Positions 13,992-58,121 of a stretch of 64,000 nt of DNA are shown here, in pieces. The first letter of the stretch is position 1. Each line of letters opens with the position of its first letter. Made by a program: the position numbers and the translations under genes. Origin of the DNA: Amoebidium appalachense (lineage: Eukaryota; Protista; Ichthyosporea); assembly GCA_963693365.1 (NCBI GenBank), contig CAVNZM010000015.1, forward strand, positions 620,001 to 684,000, given 5' to 3'. The notes beneath the pieces were generated by a model. The model had not been told where the DNA came from. It worked only from the letters and a program-made list of their open reading frames with translations, and did no database searches.

Positions 13992-14695
13992 TATGTACGT
14001 ATACTTTTGAGTGTGTATGCGTTTCTGTGTGTGTTTGTGAAGTCTACTTGTATGTGGACGTGTGTGTGCGTACACGTGTGTGCATGTGTGGGTTTGTGTT
14101 CAGACGTGTGCGTGTACTTGTCCGTGTAAATGTGTTTGTATTTACGATACCATAAGGTGTGTGCGTGTAGGTGTACGCGCGCTTGTGTGCATGTGTGCAT
14201 TTGTGTGCACAGAGTCACCCCCCCCCCCCCCCCCCCCCCCAAATAAACAAACAAACCAAAAAAAATAAAATAAAACAACAACCTTCACCCTTTCCCTACT
14301 TCATATCCATGGTCTATGCAAGCAGAAATGTCCTCCCACCCCGCATAGACCCCCCCTCCCTCCCCTCCCCCGAACATTTTCTTTCCATCCCTGATAAAAC
14401 CCCCTCCCTCCCCTTCTCTCAAAAAGTTTCGTCCATCCCACACACAACCCCTCCTACTCCCCAAAAGCCCTTCCATCCCTGGAAATCCCCCCCCCCCCCC
14501 CCCCCCCCCCCCTTCCCCTCCTCTCTCTTCCCCCCCCCCCCCTCCTCCCCACCCCCTCCCCCCCCCCCAAAAAAAAAACACGCACCTGCACCTGGAAGCT
14601 AATATCATCAACCTTCATCTTGTGGTATGCAAGTTCTGATTCGTTAAATGCAGCCTGGGCATTTTCGACAAGTCGCCTGGACGGGATGCCTGTGT

Positions 14696-14726
<31 letters not shown>

Positions 14727-14962
14727 GGGGGGGGGGGGAGGTAGAAGTTAGTACGTGATTCAGCAGACAAGGAATAATTCGGAAAAGAGGAGACTTGAAA
14801 GGAAGCACAGTGGAAACAACGACTTGCATGCAAAGCAAAAAAAAAAAAAAAAAAAAAAAAAGGGCGCAACACCAGTGACCCAAAAACGAAAAACAAAAAA
14901 GGACCCCAGCCATACACGAAGGAAATATTTCCCAAACACTTCTTCCAGGGGCCAAGCCTCCT

Positions 14963-15014
<52 letters not shown>

Positions 15015-15085
15015 GCGGGGGCCGCCTCTTGGATATGTTTGAGTAACGAATGGTTTCTATTCTTGGTTGTTCTTGATTTACTCAT
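9411..15085 (-). CDS. Multi-exon gene, putative OB-fold ssDNA-binding protein of T7 gp2.5/NCLDV-SSB type (function inferred)
   Basis: Phase-consistent exons (plus coordinates): 14586-14689, 13815-13875, 13083-13156, 12405-12475, 11892-11985, 11390-11471, 11218-11222, 10859-10871, 10656-10756, 10471-10512/10518, 10019-10120, 9820-9898 (problematic), 9411-9553 (TGA). Tentative 5' exons at ~14917-14957 and 15026-15085 (MSKSRTT...). Product: ...[25 protein letters not shown]...EQTVSLCV...[16 protein letters not shown]...[13 protein letters not shown]...[24 protein letters not shown]...[14 protein letters not shown]...[11 protein letters not shown]. Gene existence is well supported; the family call is by eye. 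Confidence 0.7.
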
Positions 15086-15574
15086 TGTTATTATTATTAT
15101 TATTGTTATCATCATCATTTTTGTTTATCGTCATTTGGTAGAGGAAAATGAGGAGAATAGGTAACTATGGAAACCATCGATCAGGCACGCCTTATTTCAA
15201 TTTCCGTGTCCTTTGGGCACATCAATAAAGGGCAAAAAAAAAGAAATAAATAAAAAAAGAAAACGAACCTTCGGTTGATGGGGTGGAAGAAAACCTTCGG
15301 GCAGAAGGCACGAGCGATACCAGTGGCCCGCCTGGAAACATGTCATGCGTCAGATAGTGAACGATTTGCACCTACAACCCAAAAAAAGAAGAACAAAAAC
15401 TCCCACACTGTCTTTGACATGCAGTCTCCCCCATGCAAAAAACAAACCAGTCGGAGTGAAGGGGATGGGGGGTTGTGGTGGGGGGAGGGGGAGGGGAAGG
15501 GGGGGGGGGCAAGAAAAAAAAAGGGTGGGGTGAGTATTCTGTGCTTTTCCTCACCCTCCTTCGCTCATTTCACA

Positions 15575-15610
<36 letters not shown>

Positions 15611-17035
15611 CCCCCTCCCCCCCCTCCCCCGGACCGCCCAACGCGAGGGCCTACCCAACCCTCCCCCTACTCCCTGGGCATGACCTCCGCCCCTTCCCTT
15701 CACCCGCCATCCAAACCTTAGGTACATCCTCAAATCCTCAAAAACCCCATGGAAAGTTACGAAAGATACCTCGAACACACAACCATCCCATGCACAGGGC
15801 CTGTCAGTTATCTACATCTCCCTGTCGAGTCTGCATATTTAGCGCTCACTTTGTTTCCACATGAAAAACACTGCCACTTGCAAACAAACTATTTGTCCAT
15901 TCAGCAAGTATACCGAGCCAAAGCAAGAAAATAAACGTAGAGAGGGAAATTTTGAACAGAAAAATTACCTTTTTTCTGTGTTTGCAACCCGCTGAACGAG
16001 GGTCTGAAGCTCATGAACCTGAGCATTTTCAGTGTGTTTCCCTTCGAGCAAACTGTATATATAGGGGCGCACTCCTACGTTGTAGCCCGAAGCAGATTCA
16101 GTTTCACGGCAAGCAACACCTGGTGAAAAGCCAAAGCATCGGCTTTCTTGTGGTGTTGTAGGTAAAGAGTGTGTGATTCAGATCTCAATTGTCCAGCCCA
16201 CAGAAAAAGAGCAAAACAGGTTTCACGATCAAGAAAGACTACGGAAAAGTACTATGGCGAAAAAAGGCCATATCAGCTTTTTGACAAAACAAAAGGGGGG
16301 CAACTCTTCCGGAAAAGAAATCAAAGAGATGTCCCTCATGTCCCTCTTAGGTGCTGAACATGAGAGAGGAAAAAATTGTTGAGCCATTCAGTCGGATCGT
16401 GTTTTGGTTTATTTGAAGAGGGGTTGAATGCGCGGGAAGGATTATGATTGGTTGAAAACGCCAGCTGTAGCTTGGGGGTTCTTGCTGTAAATCGAATCTC
16501 GAAACCTCCGTTCTGTTAAATTTTATGTCGTGTAGTAATAAAGACGAGTATATTCATTATTTAGTAGATATCCATTTAAAGTTCATCCATTAAAAAATTT
16601 GCTGTTCCAAAAATTTACCAGCATATGATGAACTGCTGGATAGAATACACATTTATTTTTCACTGAAAATACAGTATGTGGGCTTTATCAAAATTTCACC
16701 AATCAGCGCATTCTTCGCCCATTTCAAATTCTATCCGAGCGACCGTTACCTCCACCTTCAAATGCAAAGCGTGCGCTTTTCACCCAGTTCCGGCACTGCA
16801 TGCACCCTATAATTCACAGGGAAACATGAAGAATATCAGTAGCAGGACGTTATGGAATAGAGAGGACTAACTACAAATATCATGAATTCTCAACTGTAGG
16901 TGGTCACATGTAATTGATGTCAAGTAAGAGTTATGAAAAGGCGGTTTCGATTTTCGGGTTGGGGTAGCGGATGCTAAGGTGGAGTTGGAAGTGCATGCGG
17001 TCACTTGCGGTTGTTTTTATGGCAGAGGTTTGATA

Positions 17036-46703
<29,668 letters not shown>

Positions 46704-46784
46704 GAATCCGATTGTCCCAAACGAGCCAATCAAACCGAAGAAATGTGGGATGTATGGGAAGTAGTAGTGTCAAGGCAACACTGG

Positions 46785-46831
<47 letters not shown>

Positions 46832-47039
46832 AGATTCTTTCTCCTGCTTTTTTCGAGATTTTTTGGAGACTCCTCAGAGGGGGGAGGTTCGAACCATTTA
46901 TGGGACGCTCTTTCAGAATCATTATAGGACCCAGAACTCGTCCTAGCAAATTGCACAATGGGATGTGCTGTTGCATGCGCTTTGATGTAAACACACCTAT
47001 TATATCACGTTTTTGCATGAAACACGTCCTTTTTCAGGC

Positions 47040-47111
<72 letters not shown>

Positions 47112-47503
47112 AACCCACAGGCAACTTTCGTAATTTCTGGGAACGTTTTTCAAAGGTTTTTTTCCAAGGTCTCTACTAAGTCTTCTTCCTCTGTTTTGTG
47201 TTTTTTGATAAAGCGTTTTTCAATGCTTTTTGATATAGTATTTTTGAGATATGTAAACCGCTCGAGATGTGTGATGAGTGTGAAACCATTTAAAAGGTCC
47301 GATTTTGGTAATAATGATGCCGTGTACAGGTGTTAGATAGATGGTCGGTATATCAACAAGTTGGATATCTAATTCATGCATGCCCTTAGTTTGGTGGGGC
47401 TAAATAAACATACCCGTTGCTGACGATTTTGTAACGCCACAAACGTGTATGTGTCCAATATCTTCTTCCCCCCCCCCCCCCCCCCCCCCCCCCTCCCTCC
47501 CCC

Positions 47504-47660
47504 GGAGGTGAATGGGTCGAAACTCGGGTATGAACCGTGGATGACATCTGCCCTCCCTGAGGATGGGCTCTGCTGATTAAGCATACTCTTTATGTATGAT
47601 TTGCACTCTGCATCGTGTTATCTGTTCTTGTGTACTTCTTACTTTATGACGCATTCAACC
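47504..47660 (+). mobile_element. Short interspersed element copy (~160-200 bp family ending in poly-C)
   Basis: GGGTCGAAACTCGGGT..GTGGATGAC..CCTCCCTGAGGATGGGCTCTGCT..GCATACT..TATG..TTTGCACTCTGCAT..GACGCATTCAAC followed by a C-rich tract; shared with the other listed copies. Confidence 0.7.
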
Positions 47661-49064
47661 CCCCTCCCCCCTCCCCCCTCCACCCGTGACTCAAGCTTAC
47701 TACAAGGGTAGGCCGTATATAAGATTAGGTGGATTTCGGCCGCAGCCAGCAAGAATCTTAGTTCTGTTGTGTGATCGATGGCTAAGATTTTTGCGTGGTT
47801 ATGTGTGCGAGAGTGCGTGACCAAGTATGAAGCTGAATGTGTGTGCACCAATGTTCCAACCAAAAGCCTGTCTGTCAATCCCCCCCCCCCCCTCCCAGAT
47901 CTAGAATTGAAAAAAAAGAAAAAAAAAAAGGAAAAAAAAACTTCCATTGCACCCATTGCAAAACACAATCCCTAAATAGCCTGTATGAAATTTCATATAA
48001 TGGTTACAAATAATATTCCCCTCACTTGATATTTGATGTATTCGCTTTGGCTTCCAGTGTTGGTTCCTGGATCTTAGTATTATCTACCCAAAAATATTTA
48101 TTGACCATGGAAGTAGAAGTGTATGTAACATATCACAATATGCACACAATCACGTTAACGTTCCGGGCCGATGCATAAATACTGTGTATAAACATATGAC
48201 CCCTGCAACCCAACCAAACTTCAGCAAATATAGCCATATATGGAAAAATGCACTTCAATGGTCTTATGTCGTAGAGCCAGGTCGCCAACATGTCTTATCT
48301 CACACAAAACGTGCAGTGTGAATCATACAACAATTACATGTACAGGATCGATCCCAACTTTTATATTCCTTACCACGTTTTGCTAGGGTATATTTCCGCT
48401 ACTTTTAAAGTCTGCTTGCCGCGTTGCTTGATATTTCCACCACTTAAAATATCTGCTTGCCTGAGCAATACCACCTAATACAGCTTTTTGAATGTTTGCC
48501 TCAAGAAGATAACCACGTCTCACCGTCATCTATGTACATACGTATGCATACATCTGTGCACGTACAGAGCAAACTATAGGTCGATTGCGTGTGTGTGTAA
48601 TCATGCGCCAAGTACAGCCCCCAAATGTGTGTGTGGGTAGGTGGGTGGGTGGGTGGATGTCCCCGGGTGTGTGTGTGGGTGTGGGTGTGTGCGTGCGTGC
48701 GTGTACGTGTGTGGTGTGTGTGTCAAGGGGAGGGGAGGGACCAGCCCTCCTCAGTAAGAATATCCCTAGATACTACTTGTGCCTTCTCTCCTTTTAAAAG
48801 AACCTACGTATACAAAGACGTTTTAAAGTTCTGCATAACACACGTTGCATCACATGTACACCAATACTTCAGCCTAATAGAAAAAACGAAGATAATCCGG
48901 CCGGGCATTTGTACATTGAATTATCGGACATATTAGCACCTGTGCGGACGGACATTCTTGCAGCCAAACATCAGACGTAGCCGTGCAGTAATCTGCTACC
49001 TTCAGAGTCTTTTAATTTTTTTTTTTATTTTTTTTTATTTTTTTTGGGGGGGGGGGGGTTGGGT

Positions 49065-49138
<74 letters not shown>

Positions 49139-49146
49139 TGTGTGTG

Positions 49147-49186
<40 letters not shown>

Positions 49187-49245
49187 CGTGTGTATGTGTG
49201 TGTGTGTGTGTATGTGTATGTGTGTTTGGAGGGAGGGGCGGGGGG

Positions 49246-49285
<40 letters not shown>

Positions 49286-49346
49286 GAAGAGGAAGGCCAG
49301 GTGGGTAGTGTTAGTCTCCATGTCTGTGTCAATATTTTCATGCGGG

Positions 49347-49411
<65 letters not shown>

Positions 49412-49669
49412 TGTGTGTGTGTGTGTGTGTGTGCATGCCTTTATATGGGCGTGTGCGGGGGAATGGAGGAGGGGGAAGGGGGGGGAGGGGGGAGGGGGGA
49501 GGCTTTCTTGTATATGCGAGCGTATGCATTCCGTTTTCTTTCACATGGATTGTCCCCCCCCCCCCCCCCTCCCCTTTCCAAAAAAAAAAAAAAAAAAAAA
49601 AAGAAAAAGAAAAAAAAAACTTTAGTAAACTGTGATGCTCTTTAGCGAAAAACGTTGAACAGTCCATTG

Positions 49670-50634
49670 CTAGACGCAGGTGTGGGTGTGTAGGGTATGA
49701 CGGGATTTGGGTTGAGGGAGACACATACTTGATGGGAGAGGTGAGCAGGGGCTGTGACCGGGGAGATGGGGAAGGTGGTGGTGAACACTGGGAGAGACAT
49801 CTGAGGAGGGGGAAGTGGTTCATTGGTTACGAGGGGGTTTTTGTTCGTTATAAAGAACAGTGGTACATATAGTGAGCGATTTTTTGTTTTGTTTTGTTTT
49901 ATGAAGAAAGCAAAAGACGAGAAAGGCCCACAAAAAAAAAAACAAAAAAAAAACGAAAATTGAAAGCGAAAAACGAAGAACATTTGATGGCATCAAAAGA
50001 TTGATTCTTGAATGTTTTCAGTCCCCGCATTCAAGATCCATTATTGAATTTCTCATTTAAAACCCCTAAGTTGTCTATAGCATGGCTAAGCACGCAGGAT
50101 CAACAATAGCATCAATTTTGTGCCACGGGATATATTTACCTGGTGATGTGGTTGTGATTGGTGGGATGAAGACTGTCTTTTGGTTTCTTGCCGCCTGTGT
50201 GTGGATACATTTACATGCTTAACACAGGATAGATTTACATGCTTATGGTCAATCACGTGCCAACCAAAACCTCCTAAGCACAATGTCACCATCTAAGCCC
50301 CCCTCCCCCCCCCCCCCCCCTCCCCCCTTCTTTCCTATCCCCGTCCCCTCTCCCCCCACACCCAACACACACACACGTACATACACACACACACACACAC
50401 ACACACAGAGTGCCTCCCCTTCCCCACTCCCTCCGCGTCCTCCCTAACCCCCTTCCACCCGCCCCTCCTCCCCCCTCCCCCCTCCCACCACAAACAAAAA
50501 GAAGAAAGAAAGAAAGGTTGAAAGAATGAATGAAGGAAATAAAGAGAGAGGGAAAAAGAAAACGCACACACACAAATGCACATTCCCTAGTCGAGGAGTG
50601 AATAATCGTACGATGCATGAGGAGGAGAGGCCGG

Positions 50635-50679
<45 letters not shown>

Positions 50680-51212
50680 TTGCAGGCATAACAACATGGT
50701 AGAAAGCAGGGAGAGATAATGTTACCTCGTAGGCGAGATCAGTGTAGCTCAAACTATTAGCCTCTTTTGGTGTTGCTACAAGCTCATCCATTGGATGATC
50801 GTATGACAGTTCAGACCCAAAGTCTACATCCCGTAGGGCATAGAACCTGTGGGGGGTGGTTGTGAGGAAAGAAGGGGGAGGGGGGAGCGGGGGGGGGGGG
50901 GGGGAGCAGAGAGAGGGAGGGGGGAGCAGAGAGAGGGAAGGGGGTTGGAGAGAAGGGGGGGGGGGGGGGGGGGGGGGAGGGGGTAAGAAACTCACAACGA
51001 ATACTATCAAGGGGGTGCGCCAAAAAAAGAAATTCACACGAAGAGGTGGTATTGGTGGGGTGGGTGGGCAGGGGGAGGGGGGGGGGACTTGATAGTATCC
51101 GTTGGTTAGTGGTGAAAAACAAAATGGGAAAAGCAACAGGGGAAGAAAAAAAGATGGATAGTAAAGCGGGCACGAGACATTTGTGTGTATGTGTCTGTGT
51201 CTGTGTGTGAGT

Positions 51213-51261
<49 letters not shown>

Positions 51262-51287
51262 GCGTGTGCGTGTGCGTGCGCGCGCGC

Positions 51288-51337
<50 letters not shown>

Positions 51338-51774
51338 CCGCGTGTGTGTGTTTGTGTGTGTGCGCGCGCACGTGTGTGTGCGTGCGTGCCCTTCTGAATA
51401 CGTGTCCATACGGGTGTGTGCGTATTTCCACACGCACATGTCAGTGTGTGTTTGAAAATAACAAAAGGGAAGGGGGGGGGGGGGGTGGAAGGGGGGAACC
51501 AATACCACGCAAATCCAAAAAACATGGCGCTGAAAAGGGACCAAGCCATGACAATTCTGAAACCCCATTGGGTCCCCCCAAGTGAATCCGCCACAATTCC
51601 GGCCACGGTCGGGCCGGAAAAGTAACCAAAGAGGTTGTATGTGACGGTAGAGAGGGAAGAGGCAAGAGATCTCAGTTCACGGGGGACTGACGACATAATG
51701 ATCCCTGGGGATTGGTGGCAAAGGGGGATGAGGGAGGAAGGGGAAGGAGGGAAGGGGGAGGTGGGGGGGAAGGT

Positions 51775-51808
<34 letters not shown>

Positions 51809-51871
51809 GGGGGGGGGGGGGGAGAATAGGTTGGGGGTTAGGGATGGGACGGGGAAGACGGGGAGAGGGGG

Positions 51872-51902
<31 letters not shown>

Positions 51903-52035
51903 TCAGAATATTGTTATAGAGTAAGAAATACAACTTGGGTATCGGTTGATTTGGTGGGTGGATCGTGTGTGGGATTGGATTGGGAACAGAGGCGGCAGGT
52001 GGGTGGGTGGGGAGGGGGAGGAGGGGGGTGGGGAT

Positions 52036-52069
<34 letters not shown>

Positions 52070-53405
52070 GGGGGGGGGATGGGGGTTGTATGCTAGTAAT
52101 TAACACATTAATCAATGCATTGTGCAAAAGCCACAAAGAGAAAAAAAAGAAAAGAATGAATCAGGAAGTCTACACAGAAGATCCTTGAACAGAGGGAGGG
52201 GATAGTGGGAGGGAATGTGATTGGAATTTCAGGTATGCATACCACACATTCCATGCATACCTGTGCCTGCGGGGACTATGGCGCCACCAAACGCCAACAG
52301 CAGCCAAATGAACGTCACCACGGCGCCAAAGTTTTGCACAAAGATGATGGCATAGGCACAGCACACAGCAAGGATCCTGGGTGGGGTTAAAATGGGTTGA
52401 GTACTCACGTTCAAGGTTTGAGAACTCTCGTTAAAGGGTTCAGAACTGTTGTTAGGTTATCCTGCCACCATCAACACCTTAAAGCAAAAGTAAACACCTG
52501 GCACTATTAAGACATACAGACGATGACCTACTTTGTAACGTCTAAGAGAATAGAGCAAAACACCTACCCTGCCACCTCTAACACCTTAAGAAGCCAAAGC
52601 AAACACCTAACATGTCCTTCTAAGGAGTTAAAGAGATACCCGCCAATTCACTATCAATTCCTTAAAGCAAACACCTATTTGACACCTTTATGAACTTAGG
52701 CAAGCACCTTCCCTGCCACCTTTAACACCATTAAAGCGACCACCTACCCTGCCACCTTTAACACCATTAAAGCGACCACCTACCCTGCCACCTTTAACAC
52801 CATTAAAGCAGGCACCTACCCTGCCACCTTTAACACCATAAAAGCACGCACCTACCCTGCCACCTTTAACACCATTAAAGCAAGCACCTACCCTGCCACC
52901 TTTAACACCATTAAAGCAAGCACCTACCCTGCCACCTTTAACACCATTAAAGTGACCACCTACCCCGTCAGTGTTGACATTCTGCATGCCACATAGACCC
53001 CCTTTGTGCCCTGGTAGCCACCCAGCCGGTCAAGGATAAGCCCCCCAACAAGAACCCCCCTGTATTGGAAATTTCGTTAGCTCCAGGGGGGGGGGGAAAC
53101 GATGGTGTGTGTGTCAAATACTGAGTACGGAAAACTACTTTAAGAGTGTAAAAAAAAAGAAGAAGAGAGAGAGAGAGAGAAAACAGAAAAGGGAGATAGG
53201 GAGAGGATGAGTATGGGGAAAGAGACCTTAGGGGAGGGGGGTTTGCATTCAGGACTTTTCGCCTTTTCTTACGCCCTTCACAATTCTTCTCCCCATACAC
53301 CACACAAATGTTACATACTAGAGGGTTTGTGAGCCTACGGTGAATGGTGTTATGTTAGATGGGTTGAAGGGGTTGCATGTCGAATGATGGGGAGTGGTGC
53401 GTGTG

Positions 53406-53498
<93 letters not shown>

Positions 53499-53688
53499 GG
53501 TGTGATTGTGTTGGGGGATTATGGGGGGAGGGGCAGGGGGGGGGGGGGGGGATGAAATCTTACAAAATGGGGCCTGTTGCACAAGTGAAGGAGAAGGCGG
53601 TAACCACCGCATTCTGTAGTTATCATATGTCAGTGGTGTTCAGACTTAAACAATCCACCACTTCAGAGATGTCACAAATGCAAATATA

Positions 53689-53745
<57 letters not shown>

Positions 53746-53854
53746 ACACACACACACAAGCGCACATGAGCACAAAAATACTGCACGCTCGCTGGTGCGC
53801 GCGCACACACAACCATACACACACTCGCGCGCGCACACACACACACGCACACGT

Positions 53855-53885
<31 letters not shown>

Positions 53886-53951
53886 CACTAACACACACAC
53901 ACACAACACACGTTCCAGTACACACAAGGTCACATGCACACATGTCCACAA

Positions 53952-53997
<46 letters not shown>

Positions 53998-54111
53998 CCC
54001 ACTCACCTTTCCTACGTTTATGTAGGTCACTAAGTAATCAGTCACCCACAGTTGAAGGCCGGTAACCACGAAAAAGAGCGAACAGAGCGCCAACGTGGTG
54101 AAGACATACGG

Positions 54112-54162
<51 letters not shown>

Positions 54163-54193
54163 CGCACGCGCGTGCGTGCGTGTGCGTGTGTGC

Positions 54194-54252
<59 letters not shown>

Positions 54253-56170
54253 TGTGTGTGTTTGCTTTTTTTTGCGCGGGGGGGGGGGGGGGGGTTAGAG
54301 TGTCTGAAGGACTCATTCAAGACGGACAACGCAATGCAGATTGCAACCCATACATACGAAGTATGCATTATAAGCAGGAGCCCGGGTAAACGTGAGAAGA
54401 AAACTAAGGGCTTTGCGAACAGACTAAAAAACTAGGTGAGGAATGGACCATGAAAGTAGTTTGGATGGCCGGAGAAACAAACAGGGCAGAGTTTTAAGGA
54501 GAAAACATAATACTGCAACGTGAGTACTGCTTCAACTCCCCCCCCCCCCCCCCCCCCAACCCCACCACCACCACCACCACCCCTCTCCTTCCGCACACAC
54601 ACACGCTCATACACATATCGGTGAGCCATGGAACTTAAAAACTTGGAATAATAGTCCGTTGAACATAGCCAAAAGGTGAATTTAAATTTAAATTTAAATT
54701 TTTTACAGAAAACACTTAACACGACAAAAAATACAACATTGCAATTGTTAAAGCAACCACCCACGGTCCATAAATGCCAACTGGTCGCCTAAATAAGGCA
54801 ATACCTTGCGGCCAATCAGTATCTTGGTGTGCCCCCACATCTCCCGGCCCTTCTCCTGCGTCAAAATATCCACACGAGGAGGATGCTTCTCCGTCCTGTA
54901 TATATGACAAGGGGGTTTTCCCGTGAATTTCAGTGTAAATTTTGCAATCTTGTGGGCTTTTCCCGAAAAAATCAGCAATTTAACCTCGACAGGTAATATG
55001 GAATTTGATTTGCAACCTAATCGTAAACCGGTGTTGCATCGGGTAGTCAATTTCCCCTTTTGGTTGTGGTGTGAGACAGTGGGCATGGGGGGGGGGAGGG
55101 GGGGAGGGATGGGGGGGGGGGGGGGGGGGAGGGGGGGAGGGGGGTAGGGGGGGGGGGGGGGGTGGAGGGCGAGGGGGGGGGTTGAGGGGGAGGAAGATGA
55201 ATGGGCATGGTGTGGGTGTGGGTGTGGTCGGGTCTGCGTGTGTGCGTGCGCGCACCCCCCGTATGTGTGTATGTGTGTGTGTATGAATAGGCGTGTGTGT
55301 GCAGATTTGCGGATTTATGTGTGTCTTTGGGGGAAGGGCGGGGGGCAGGGGGGGGAGGGGGGGGGGGGGGGGGGGTATAATCAAAACTCAGTATCAGGGG
55401 TTGCAGGACCATAACCAACTTACCAATCAAATAAAACCTTTGGAAAACCATGAGAACAAGGATGAGGTGCCGGGGGGGGGGGGGGGAGGGGGGGGAGGGG
55501 GGGAAAGGGGAGGGGGGAGGGAAAGCGGGGGGGGGGGGGGAGGGGGGGAGGGAGGGGGAAAAATGTCTACTCACGTGTCTGTGACGTCCTGAAGAACGTC
55601 ATTGATTGGCCGCTTGTCATGCCTCAGGGTGGTGCTCACGCGGGTGTCGATAAAAGCCACGGGCACACAGCACAGCCCAATCGTCAGGGGCAGCAGAAAA
55701 ACGGCCTGATTTTGAAATTTCATAAGTTTTATTAAGAATTTTGGTTGGTGTTCAACATTATCAACAAAATCATTGTTGTAGCTGTTCATTTGTCATAATG
55801 GAGTGTTAGCACACTGCGATCTGGTCTGGGTTTTTCATTCGTGAAACAAAAATAGAAAGAAAACCCTCGGGCTTGAGGGGGGGGGGAGAATTGGGGGGGG
55901 GGGGGGGGGGGGGGGAGGATATGTATCAGAGGATGAGGGAAAAAAGGAAGAGACGAACATTTAAAATGCTGCAACATCACAGCACCTCATATCTGTAAAA
56001 CGCCTTTTGTACACCCCCCCCCCCCCCCCCCCCCCAGACACACACACACAGACACACACACACACACCCCACCCTCTCCCCCCTCCTTTTTGGTTCGTTT
56101 TTGTCTCTCTCGCTCTGTGTGTGCATTTTTTTTTCGTTTGTTTGTTGTTGTTTTTTTTCTTTTTCTTTTT

Positions 56171-56209
<39 letters not shown>

Positions 56210-57736
56210 AGGACGGGGTATACCTGCATGTAGAACGGAACAGACACCTCGAAGCCGTTTGCAGTGAGATATCCTGAGCAGACATATCCAACCACTATTC
56301 CGATGGGCACACCACCCTGCAGTATATCCAAATGTTATCTCAGAAATTTGAGAATCAACGCACTCCACCCAAGACCAATCAGCGTAAAGGGAGAACGGGG
56401 TTTATTTTTCCTCTACTGGCCTGGCCCTCGTTCCCCTAATGTCGTATTGGTTAAAGTACATATAATCATAATAGTATTAGTGGTAACAGTAGAAGTAATA
56501 CTTGTGAGTACGAACAAATGAAGGGAGATGTCATGATGTTTCTCTTTTGTCGTGCACATGTGTTTCGCCAAGAAAGTAATAATAAAAAAATGAATCCATA
56601 CAACACCGTACCAGGGGAACAGGGGACTAGGGGACGGGGAGGAGGAGGAGAGGGGCGGGGGGAGGGGGGGGGGAGAGGGGATATGGGACGGGCGGAGGGA
56701 AGGGGAAAAGAGAGAAAGTGGGCGGGGAAAGGGAGGGGGGGAGGAGGGGAGGAGGGGGGGCATTGGGCAGGTTTACACACCTGTATGAGAGACATCCAGA
56801 AAGTGCATGATTTGGGCGGTGAGAATTCATCCACCCACACAGGCGCATAGATGGATACGAAAGCCTGAGACATCTGTGGTGGTGGTGGTGGGGGGGGGGG
56901 GGGGGGGGGGGGGGAAGGGGGGGGGGGGGAGAAGGGGGGGGGGGGGAGAAGGGGGGGGGGGGGGGGGTCAACATCAGGATGTGTTAGATAGTACGAGTCA
57001 CACATTCACGACTGATAACACCATGCAGATGTTGATAAGCGTACGCAAAGCGTGTGCATTATTGGCGGCGGGGGGGAGGGGGGGGGGGAGGGGGGGGGAG
57101 GGGAGGAGGGAGGAGGGGGGTATATGCTTTAGAATGCAGAGGAAAAAGGACCCAAGAAAAATGAGAGGGCCCCAGTAAAAAAGAAATCGGGAAGAGATAA
57201 AAGAGAAATCAGAGATTAGAAATCTGTGTGCAAGGGACCCAGAATCAGAAGGCGTAAGCAGGTGAACCCTTCTCCCACCCTGCTGATGTAATACTTTTCG
57301 TGTTCCCAGGCAAAGGAAAAAAGAATGAATTCCAGCTCTTCAGCCTCTCGTGTGTTGAAGAGGGGAGGGGGGAGGGGAGAGGGGGAGGAGTGGAAGGGAG
57401 GGCGGAGAGGGGAGGAGATGGGGTGGGGGGGGGGGGGGAGAAAGGGAAGAAGGGGGAGTCGGGTGGTAGTGTTGGTTTTGGGGGAGTTGGGGGGTAGGGG
57501 GGGGGGTGGAGGGGAGGGGAGGGGATGGGGAGGGGGGGGGGGGGGAGAGGGGGAGGGGGGGGGGGGGAGAGAGAGAGGGGGGTGCACGTACTCCCATGAA
57601 GAACCTAGCCACCAAGAGCACTGGGGTGATGCTTGCAGCCGCAAAGGTGATGGCACATGCCATATTTAGAATGAGGCTGCATACTAGCACCCACTTGGGC
57701 TGGGTGTGTGTCAGAAGGGGGCCTGTGTGTGTGTAT

Positions 57737-57770
<34 letters not shown>

Positions 57771-58073
57771 GGGAGGAGGGGGGGGGGGGAGGGGAGAGGG
57801 TGGGTGTAGGTGTAGATGGATGGGTGTGTGCATGTGTGTGTGTGGGCGTGTGTGCGTGTGTGTGTGTGTGTGTGAAAGGGGAGGGAGGGGGGGGGAGAAG
57901 GGGGGTATGAGTGTGTATGTGTATCCGCGCCTGTGGTTTTAGCCAATTTGTTTGAAAGAAAGCACGGGGAGGGGGGGGGGGGGGGGGGGTGGGGGGTGAG
58001 GGAGGATGATGAATGCTCCTAAGAACCAATAAATTGTTGAACGAATGTAACCCCCACCCTCTCTGTCTCTTCA

Positions 58074-58121
<48 letters not shown>

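Noticed and set aside
15952-16382. Short plus-strand ORFs in the divergent intergenic region
   Set aside because: Under 70 aa, with no motifs and no phase-consistent link to neighbouring genes.
46880-46900. GGTTCGAACC B-box/tRNA-like motif
   Set aside because: No cloverleaf stems or A-box are evident around it.
52688-52987. 36-bp repeat as a CRISPR array or a [12 protein letters not shown] repeat protein
   Set aside because: Units are head-to-tail with no unique spacers, no cas genes are present, and it lies in an MFS intron immediately after a GT donor.
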